Shown piece by piece: positions 24,279 to 32,000 of a DNA stretch of 32,000 bases (its first letter is position 1; each line of letters starts with the position of its first letter). Made by a program: the position numbers and the translations under genes. Under the pieces are notes generated by a model. That model did no database searches and was not told the origin of the DNA. It worked only from the letters and a program-made list of their open reading frames with translations. The stretch is from Geotalea daltonii FRC-32. GTDB lineage: Bacteria > Desulfobacterota > Desulfuromonadia > Geobacterales > Geobacteraceae. The stretch is taken from NCBI RefSeq assembly GCF_000022265.1, contig NC_011979.1, positions 1,890,001 through 1,922,000 on the forward strand. The letters run 5' to 3'.

Positions 24279-25175
24279 TCAACAACCTGGCAATACCGCC
24301 TTAATATGACTGACGAAATCGATGAGGGTGGGGTTTTCACTGTGGCGGCGTTTGAAGATGATGGTGCGGTAGCGGGTGCAGTTGAAGCCTTTGACCATGT
24401 GCTCATGGAGCTGCCCCCGTTGGATCTGGTCCTTGACCAGGCTGCGGGACACAAAGGCGATGCCGCTTCCCGCCAGAACCGTCTGAATGGTCAGGTGCAG
24501 GTCATCGTGCATGATGATCCCCTTGAAGTCATCGATGCTCCTGCCATGCTCCGCTAGATTCTTTTGCAGCAAGTGACGGGAACTGCACCCCTCACGGCGG
24601 GCGATCAGCCGCTGCTGCAGGAGCTCTTCCAGGGATAATTCGGTGGGGATGGCCAAAGACGGTGACGATATGAAAACCAGGTCATCGGGAGGCAGGGGCA
24701 TGGTGACCACATCGGCTGCTTCCACCGGGTTGCAATGTTCGATCACCGCCATGTGGAATTCGTTGGAGAGGAGCCCCTTCAATGACTGTTCGGGGGGATT
24801 CAGGACAAATTTGAAATCAAGATCGTCAGAGTTGGAGAGGAAGAATTTGTTCAGGACCTTTGGCAGGTAAACGATGCCGAAGGTTGGGGTACAACAGAAT
24901 GCCAGCCTGCTTTTTCTGCCAAGACTGTTCAATTCTGCTTCCAGCTCTTTTTCCAGCAGCAGGATCTGTTCTGTCTTTTGCAAAACAATCCGCCCTGCCT
25001 CGGTAGGGGTAACGCTTTGGCCGGAGCGATCGACCAGCGACAATCCATAGCGCTCCTCCAAGAACTTTATTCGCTGTGAGACGGCCGATTGGGTGATGCA
25101 AAGATCGCTTGCCGCCAGGGAAAAACTACCTGTCTTGACAACCGTGTGCAAAGTCTTCAGGTATTGGGTCTCCAT
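24279..25175 (-). CDS. LysR-family transcriptional regulator
   Basis: The ATG at 25175 follows CAGGAGAG. The N-terminal HTH is LKTLHTVVKTGSFSLAASDLCITQSAVSQRIKFLE, followed by a LysR substrate-binding domain. Confidence 0.9.
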   Translation of the reverse strand: METQYLKTLHTVVKTGSFSLAASDLCITQSAVSQRIKFLEERYGLSLVDRSGQSVTPTEAGRIVLQKTEQILLLEKELEAELNSLGRKSRLAFCCTPTFGIVYLPKVLNKFFLSNSDDLDFKFVLNPPEQSLKGLLSNEFHMAVIEHCNPVEAADVVTMPLPPDDLVFISSPSLAIPTELSLEELLQQRLIARREGCSSRHLLQKNLAEHGRSIDDFKGIIMHDDLHLTIQTVLAGSGIAFVSRSLVKDQIQRGQLHEHMVKGFNCTRYRTIIFKRRHSENPTLIDFVSHIKAVLPGC

Positions 25176-25307
25176 TGTCTCTCCTGTATTCCTCCGGCGA
25201 ACATCTGCCAAACAAAGAACGTCACATTGTATTCAAAATTACAAATATATCAAACCGTATTATTGCTCCTGCCTGATGAATAAGTCCTTGCACTAATTGC
25301 TGGAAAA

Positions 25308-25331
25308 GCCCGGGAGAAAACTCTCCCGGGC
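25308..25331 (-). terminator. Hairpin terminator downstream of the cytochrome gene
   Basis: The 10-bp stem is GCCCGGGAGA / TCTCCCGGGC. In the minus sense it is followed by TTTTCC. The arms are the same as in the terminator at 15674-15705. Confidence 0.7.
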
Positions 25332-25361
25332 ACTTTTCCCGCTGTTGTACTTGAAAATGAG

Positions 25362-28300
25362 TTACAGGGTTACGGTTATGTAGTTGTATTTCGTGTCCAC
25401 CAGCACGCCACCTTTGTAGACAAGGACGGTGAGCTTCTTGATGCCGGTGGTGCCATAGGTATGGGGCGCAGTTGCCGAACTGCCGGTTCCCCCCACATTG
25501 GCCAGGACGGTTGAAGTACCGTCAGCCCAGAATATCTTCAGGCTGTCGTGGTCCTTGAGGTTGGCGAAGGTATAGGTATTGGCAACCCCTCGTGTGGCGG
25601 TGGTGGGGGAAATGGTCATTCCGGTCGCCGGTGGATTGACCACATAAAACGATTTTGTTGCCGTGGCAGTTTTTCCTTCCTCATCGGTTACCTTTAGCGA
25701 AACAGTCCAGTTGCCGGTGCTGGTGAAGGTCTTGCTGATGGAAGAGGCGCTGGCCGTGGTACCGTCGGTTATGGTCATGCTGTAGGTAAAAGTCCCATTG
25801 GTGTTGACGCTGGTGTCGGCTGCCAATGTGTACGGGGCGTTGACCAGCAGCTGGTTGCCCGCCGTGTTGGGATCTGCATCGGGGAAGGCTGCGGAGAATT
25901 GGGCCACCGGATTAACCCCTATCCCTACTTTTGTCTGCTGTGCCGGGTCGCCGAAGCTGTTCAGGTAGGCAACCCATGTTTTCCTGTCATTTGTAGCAAT
26001 GGCTACCCCGGTCAGATCAGTGGCTGCGCCAGTGTATGTCTTGTCTACCCACAAAGATCCTGCCAGGCCCAGTGGTCCGACGTCACTCTGTGGATGCAGG
26101 CGGATAGTGTAACCGGGACGTGCTTCGATGAGTAGACCGGTGCCGGCAGCGTTGACCCTGATGCCGAATTCCGGCTGGCCACCGGTGTAAGCGGTGCCGT
26201 CCCAGGTGCCGGTAAAGGAAGTACCCAGGTTGGTCAACAGGCCTGTCATGTCAGTAACCAGTGCAGATACCTGTTTGGTACGGGCTACCACATCTCCCGC
26301 AGCATTCTTCGTCTCGATCTTCAACAGCCAGCCCTGGCTTGTGGTACTGGTGCTGGTAGGTGCCGGGAAGGTGATGGCGGTGCCGGTGATGCTGTTGTTG
26401 AAGGCAGTGTTGCGTGTCTTGAAGGCATTTTCATACAACCCTTCGCTTCTGTCGATGTCGCGGATGGTCGTCCCATTGGAGGCGAATTGAACGGCGATTG
26501 AGCGGACACCGCTTTTCTCCTTGACGCCAGGGTGGAAGTCGGAAGGCTGGGTCGAACCGTTAACGGAGGCAAACGGTGTCACCTGTGTGCCGGCGGTCCA
26601 GGAGATATTAAGGGTATCACCCTTGACCATGAACTTGCCGTTGTAGAAGCCTCCGGCAGCGGTGTCGCCTGCAGTTCCTGCAATTGTATTACTGGTTGAA
26701 CCCTTGTGGCAATCGGCACAACCACCTGCACCCCAGGCCTTAGCCGCCGGGGAGATGTCATGGTTGGTTTTGAAGGTGACCCCCATGAAGGAAAGCCTGG
26801 TCACATGGGTTTTGGTGTTGTCCGATGTCGACCCGGGAGATGCTTTGAGGCCCAGCTGATATTCAAGGTCACGATCAATGGCGCTGAGATGATCGGTAAT
26901 ATCAGCTGCTGTAACAGTGCCGAGCTGTGTCAGTGCCACCAGTGGCTGTCCACTTCTCGGTCCCTGGCTGTAGGTGTTGGCTCTGTTTATTTTGGCCACG
27001 TGGGTCTGGAGCAGTGCATCCATGCCACCCCCCCGGCCGTCGTTGTTGGCGTCGAAGTTGACGTCATTCTTGTCTCTCCAGAAGGCTGACGTGGAAAGGT
27101 TTGCGGCGTAGAGTTTGGTCCCCTGCCAGGACATGAAGTTGTTGTTGGTCATGTTCTGGCGCGTTACATTCTCGTTTTCATGGTCGGCAAGGCGTCCTTC
27201 TGCATCGGTACCGGTGCCGTCAACCATGGCGCCGCCGGTGAAGTTTCCTTTGCGGGAGTGGCAGGCTTCGCAAGCCATGAGGTCGATGTGGCTGGCATTG
27301 GCTACGCCGTTCATGGTGCCGCCCTGTTGGACGATCTTCGCCGTCAGCCCTTTTGCCTGGTGCGATGCTGTCGGGTTCGGTGCGTTGAGGGTGTCGTAGG
27401 TTATTACACTTTGTGTCGTCGGATCATAGTCGCCGCCATAGATATGGCAGCCGGCGCAGTTCTTCGTGCCGTTGTCCGTGCCGTTCCACAGAGACCCGTA
27501 AGGAGCGTTGCCCTTGGCAGGATCGCACTGTCCCAGTTTCTTGGAGTCGTCCCCCGGACTGGCGGCACTGATATTGTTAAAGCCATAGGTGCCCTTGAGA
27601 CCACTGAAGCCGGAAGTCCCCACTTTGGAGTAGTCGGCGTCCTTGCGCTTGTGGCAGCCCATGCAGCCTATGCTGTAATGGATCTCGGAATCGCTTCGCC
27701 AAGAGTCGCCCCGCTTTTTCCAATCGACGGCGTGCTCTGCCATATGGCAGCTGACGCAGTTGTTGGAATCGGGTGTCGACAGAATGTTGGCGGTAACGGT
27801 GCTTGCCAGCTTCAGGGCGGTAGCATCGCCATTGGCCACAACCCTGGTCGCGTCATAGGTGACATTAATGCCGTCCGTGGCAGATGCAGTGCCCAGATGG
27901 GCGCCGGTTACACGGGAGGCATCAAACTTGCCGGTACGAACTGCCTTCTTGCGCTCCTCCCAGGAATAATCCTTCAGATGGCACATGAGGCAGTCCATTT
28001 CCAGGACCCCGGTCTGGCTGTAATCGTTGACGGTAGGCTCGAAGCTGGCAGGACTACCGTCGGTGTTGAAGCCATCTCCCCTGGTGCCATAGCTGTCAAT
28101 AAAATAGTTGAAGGCCGTAACTGCTGCACCGAAGACATAATCGCGCAGGGAAGTTCGGGTTTCAGGGCTCTTGTTGGGGACATACTCGTTGGCGCCGCCC
28201 CCCACATGGCATTCGCCGCAGTCCCGCATGGAACCGGCCATGGAGTTGTCGACCTTCTGCTTGAACAGAATTGCGTCGGCATAATTGAATGGGGTATAGG

Positions 28301-28805
28301 TGCTGAACGGGACTTTTTTGAAAATGGCATTTGTTGCATCATAGGTGGTGCCGGCACCATCCTGAAATAATCTCGCCAACTGGCGAGCAGAGGGTGGTCA
28401 CCACGCCCCCACATGGCCGGGGCCCTGGACCCAGTTCTTGCCCTGGGGGCCGGCGCCGCTGACTACAGGGTCTTTTGAATCATCAGGATTCCAGCTGTTC
28501 CAGCCCCTTTGCTCGTTGGCTGCCAGCTGGGCATGGTAGCTGTGCCGCTCGATCTGGTCGTAGCTTTGCAGTGCCTTGCCTGTGGATGGGGCAATAGTTG
28601 AACCATTGTGGCAGGCTCCACAGGTGTTCTTCATACTGAATGCCTTGGTGCTGCCGGGGGCGATAATATTGCTTCCTGCATCGCGTAACAGAATGTTGTT
28701 ATGGGCAGGGTTGTAGGCCGCAGCTGTTCCGGCAACCAGCAATACTGCACCGGAAATCAGCCCGAGCCTGAATCTGCCCATGGATGAGTTGATCGTTCTC
28801 TTCAT
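25362..28805 (-). CDS. Exported octaheme c-type cytochrome with two C-terminal PKD domains, interrupted by one in-frame TGA (28398-28400): selenoprotein candidate or pseudogene
   Basis: Track ORFs 28398-28805 (signal peptide plus CGACH) and 25362-28379 (7 CXXCH, TTG start, no RBS, no signal peptide) share one frame. They are separated only by TGA plus 6 sense codons. The PKD motifs include WADGTS...APHTYG. Confidence 0.65.
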
Positions 28806-29221
28806 TATCTTGGATCTCCTTTTGTGATTCCGGTTTCAGTAACCTGTTGCCGGGTTCAGAATTGTTTTCACTTTTCAACCATTCTGAAAATCGGGTCCTC
28901 CTTCCGGAAAATGATTCCCGCTCCCGTTGGGGGACAGGATGCGGGCACTTGAGCCAAACGGAACAAGAAAGCAACTGCTGCCATATAAGCAGGAATTAAT
29001 CCAGAAGAGTGGTTGATGCGTCGTAATATTTCTTATGAATCCATTGCTTGAACTTATAATTTTGTCGTTGTTGGGGGCGTTGCAGAATTTTTAGAAGCAA
29101 ACAGCCTGCAGATTGGGAAAGGCCAAAACAGGAGGTGGGTGAAAATGTGGGGGATATGCCCCAGTTAGGATGTTCCATGGTTATAGCACCGGTAATCCTG
29201 GTGGTTTTGCCTGTAATTAAT

Positions 29222-29246
29222 AAGGCCCGGGGAATCCCCGGGCCTT
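29222..29246 (-). terminator. Hairpin downstream of the upstream cytochrome paralogue
   Basis: The 11-bp perfect stem is AAGGCCCGGGG / CCCCGGGCCTT with a 3-nt loop. It lies 27 nt after the stop. The trailing sequence is A/T-rich in the minus sense and TTTT in the plus sense. Confidence 0.6.
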
Positions 29247-29272
29247 TTGCAGCGGTGACGCTTCCTTTCTCT

Positions 29273-32000
29273 TTACTGCAGGGTAACGGTTATGTAGTTG
29301 TACTTCGTGTCCACCAGCACGCCACTCTTGTAGACAAGGACGGTGAGCTTCTTGATGCCGGTGGTGCCATAGGTATGGGGCGCAGTTGCCGAACTGCCGG
29401 TTCCCCCCACATTGGCCAGGACGGTTGAAGTCCCGTCAGCCCAGAATATCTTCAGGCTGTCGTGGTCCTTGAGGTTGGCGAAGGTATAGGTACCGGCAAC
29501 CCCTCGTGTGGCGGTGGCGGGGGAAATGGTCATGCCGGTCGCCGGTGGATTGACCACATAAAACGATTTTGTTGCCGTGGCAGTTTTTCCTTCCTCATCG
29601 GTTACCTTTAGCGAAACAGTCCAGTTACCGGTGCTGGTGAAGGTCTTGCTGATGGAAGAGGCGCTGGCCGTGGTACCGTCGGTTATGGCCATGCTGTAGG
29701 TAAAGGTCCCATTGGTGTTGACGCTGGTGTCGGCTGCCAATGTGTACGGGGTGTTGACCAGCAGCTGGTTACCCGCCGTGTTGGGATCGGCATCGGGGAA
29801 GGCGTCAGAGAACTTCGCTACCGGATCTGCGCCTATGCCCAGGGCCGCAACATTGTCACCGATGCTGAGCAGGTAGCTCAGCCACTGGCTACGTGTGTAG
29901 GACCCATTTGCTCCGGTTCCACCGGGGGATGTGCCGTCTGCCTTGAAATATCCGTCAGCATCGGGGTAGAGGGTCTCGCCACGATCCAGGTCCTTCGTCC
30001 GGGTATAGGCAATGCTGTTTTCAACGACCTCTTCCTCAAAAGCAACGCTCCGTGGCTGACCGAGCTTGTTGAAGAGTTCGGTGCCGGTACGGAGATCACC
30101 CTTGTAGGCCTTGATGGTCGGGATGAATACCGCCGGCCTCTGCATCATGGTTGAGGCGGTTGCAGGGATGATGCTGGGGGCCGGTGTCCAGGTGGCGTCG
30201 GCGGGGATGGCGGTGCCGGTCATGTTGAAGCCCCCGTCAAAGAAGTTTTGGGAGGTTGCATGACAGTCGCTGCAGCCGTAGACGGTAACCTTGCCGGAGG
30301 CATCGAAGGCGCGGGGCTTACCCAGCGCATACTGGGCGACGCCCTTGACCCCATGGGTCACCTGGTAAAGGCCGCCGATGTAATCAAGCCGGGTGCCTTC
30401 CCAGGATCTACCCGATTGACCGGGCTTATCTTTGATGCTGGTTCGGTAGGTCTTATAGTCCCTGATTTCGTCAGGGGTGGTGAAGATGGCGTTGCCGCCG
30501 TAGACCCCGACATACTTCCAGGCGCCGGTGAATGAGCCGTCGGCGTTGTAGGCGCTCTGGTACTTTCCGCCGGTTACACCATCACCTGCATTGCCGAAAC
30601 CGACCGGAATAGGAGCAAAACCTCCGGGGGCAAAATTAATCCCGGCCTTCAGGTCGCGCTGGATCCACGGGTCGAAAATGGGCTCGCCAAAGCCCTGTGT
30701 GGAATTGGCATCACCAACGGTCAGAATCTGTCCGTTGACACCGTCACCGTTAGCGTCAACGGCGGTGTTTTCATCGTTGTTGAACAGTGCCGAAACAATG
30801 GTGTTGGTCAGGTAAATCTTGCGCCTGAAATTGGGGCTGGTCTTGAGACCATTGCCGACCTTGGACCAGGTTCTAAGCGGCAGCCATTCCTGGAGCGCGC
30901 CGCCGATCACGTGGGTACCTGTCGGGATCTCGGCCTGGAAGCCGGGACCGGGCTGGCCGGTAGCCGTGCAGATGGTGCCGGGACCGCTCGATGAAGTGTA
31001 GCCGCAGTTGGTATTGATCATGGAATTCATGAAGTTGTACTGCTGTCTTGCCCCTTCGTTTGCAGCTTCAGTGGCAGGATCTTCGAACATGCCCATCATG
31101 CCTTTGCTGTAATCGAAGCCGACCATGGTCGGGTAGCGGTTGCCGCTGGTGCAATCCAGGGCGCGAACAGCCATGCTCTTCTTCTGTACGTGGCAGACGG
31201 TGCAGTCGATGACGTCCAGATGGCTGCCCGGAATGAATTTCTGTCCACCGCTGCCGTCGGGGCCCATGGCCCTGGCGATCATGGCGGTCAGACCCGCTTT
31301 CTGATGTGCTGCTGTGGCATCCGGCGCATTAAGGTTGTCAACGCTGTTGCCGTCCGGATTGGTGCCGGTAACATGGCAGCTTTCACACCGTTTGACGGTG
31401 TTGCGTGTATCGATCTTGGTTCCTATCTGTGAACCGTCCTCAATGGTGCCGGAACCGTCGAAACCACGCCCCGGGTCGCATTGATTCTTGTCGGAATTGG
31501 AGCTGTTGGTGTCCATGTGGCAACCGGCGCAGCCGAACTGGGTGTGGACATCCTGACCGGCCTGCCATGCGTCCCCACGCTTGAACCAGTCTGCCCGCGG
31601 GAAGGGAACGACCGATTTCTTCAGGACGTTCTGGTTCTGTTGCCCGGGGTAATCTGCCGTGAGTCCGATATCGGTAACGGGGGCCTCATAGAAGATGGGG
31701 CCGCTGCCACCCTGGTTGTCGCCGCCGAAGGAGGTCATGCCGTTGACGGTCGTTCTGTTGTAGACGGTGGAACCCTGGGCGGCAAGCAGCCCTTTCACCA
31801 TGTAGCTGTACAGATTGGTGGCGTCAACGAGCGGAGATTTGACGGTATTGGGCAGCCATGGCGAATTGAAGTCATAAGCGGGCATGATCAGGCCGGTTGG
31901 CCCTACCATCGGATTATTCGCGTTGGTATTGAGGATCATTGGCGCCGAGGAGAGGAAGCCGTTCATCATGTCGGGCAGATCCTTCATATTGTTCGGGCTG
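29273..32000 (-). CDS. Multiheme c-type cytochrome with two C-terminal PKD domains, paralogue of 25362-28805; 5' end lies outside the window
   Basis: The frame stays open to position 32000 (SPNN precedes the track Met). CAGCH, CESCH, CTVCH and CSDCH fall within the window. The shared blocks W.KRGD.W, QCDP..G and LNAP...A.HQ.GLTA align with the paralogue. Confidence 0.85.
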   Translation of the reverse strand, partial: SPNNMKDLPDMMNGFLSSAPMILNTNANNPMVGPTGLIMPAYDFNSPWLPNTVKSPLVDATNLYSYMVKGLLAAQGSTVYNRTTVNGMTSFGGDNQGGSGPIFYEAPVTDIGLTADYPGQQNQNVLKKSVVPFPRADWFKRGDAWQAGQDVHTQFGCAGCHMDTNSSNSDKNQCDPGRGFDGSGTIEDGSQIGTKIDTRNTVKRCESCHVTGTNPDGNSVDNLNAPDATAAHQKAGLTAMIARAMGPDGSGGQKFIPGSHLDVIDCTVCHVQKKSMAVRALDCTSGNRYPTMVGFDYSKGMMGMFEDPATEAANEGARQQYNFMNSMINTNCGYTSSSGPGTICTATGQPGPGFQAEIPTGTHVIGGALQEWLPLRTWSKVGNGLKTSPNFRRKIYLTNTIVSALFNNDENTAVDANGDGVNGQILTVGDANSTQGFGEPIFDPWIQRDLKAGINFAPGGFAPIPVGFGNAGDGVTGGKYQSAYNADGSFTGAWKYVGVYGGNAIFTTPDEIRDYKTYRTSIKDKPGQSGRSWEGTRLDYIGGLYQVTHGVKGVAQYALGKPRAFDASGKVTVYGCSDCHATSQNFFDGGFNMTGTAIPADATWTPAPSIIPATASTMMQRPAVFIPTIKAYKGDLRTGTELFNKLGQPRSVAFEEEVVENSIAYTRTKDLDRGETLYPDADGYFKADGTSPGGTGANGSYTRSQWLSYLLSIGDNVAALGIGADPVAKFSDAFPDADPNTAGNQLLVNTPYTLAADTSVNTNGTFTYSMAITDGTTASASSISKTFTSTGNWTVSLKVTDEEGKTATATKSFYVVNPPATGMTISPATATRGVAGTYTFANLKDHDSLKIFWADGTSTVLANVGGTGSSATAPHTYGTTGIKKLTVLVYKSGVLVDTKYNYITVTLQ

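Noticed and set aside
23972-24454. 160-aa minus-strand ORF
   Set aside because: It overlaps the 3' end of the LysR gene and the small membrane-protein ORF. The sequence is Ser/Pro/Thr/Arg-rich and low in complexity, and there is no RBS.
27180-28370. 396-aa plus-strand ORF
   Set aside because: It is antisense to the multiheme cytochrome. It is Gly/Ala/Val-rich with no motifs.
28969-28983. Sigma-54-like TGGCAG...TTGC upstream of the cytochrome gene (minus strand)
   Set aside because: The GG-to-GC spacing is 2 nt shorter than the strict -24/-12 spacing.
28806-29272. GEMM-type cyclic-dinucleotide riboswitch in the cytochrome leader, which is common upstream of Geobacter cytochrome genes
   Set aside because: I read the minus-strand leader and found local hairpins. 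I did not find the conserved GEMM cores (GCACAGGGCAAACC or ACGCAAAGCC-like). A covariance-model search would be needed to be sure.

Overview
This looks like a chromosomal segment from a Geobacter-like (Desulfuromonadales) bacterium. That is inferred from the GC-rich coding style, many multiheme c-type cytochromes and a nifR3-ntrB-ntrC operon. Positions 1-13.7 kb are a mostly housekeeping and regulatory block: hflX (partial), fabI, a GAF/HD-GYP protein, small conserved proteins, a CheY-like receiver, ybaK, a Sir2 deacetylase, dusB/nifR3-ntrB-ntrC, an isochorismatase-family hydrolase and hipBA. Positions 13.8-16.2 kb hold a nine-heme cytochrome and a secreted Kazal-domain protein. Positions 16.3-24.3 kb are a visibly AT-richer mosaic accessory region. 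It contains a 1079-aa fusion of an Mrr-like nuclease, a P-loop STAND-like NTPase, winged-helix modules and two AP2-like DNA-binding domains, which is my top candidate for an undescribed single-gene defence system. It also carries an M3 oligoendopeptidase, a decayed flavoprotein gene fragment, a TumE/TumA-like toxin-antitoxin pair and two copies of a 61-nt structured repeat. Positions 24.3-32 kb hold a LysR regulator and two paralogous exported multiheme cytochromes with near-identical PKD-domain tails. One of these cytochromes is interrupted by a single in-frame TGA followed by a SECIS-like hairpin, so it is either a selenoprotein or a pseudogene. Unusual heptanucleotide tandem arrays fill three intergenic spacers in the core block. 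No rRNA, tRNA, CRISPR array, transposase or integrase was recognised.
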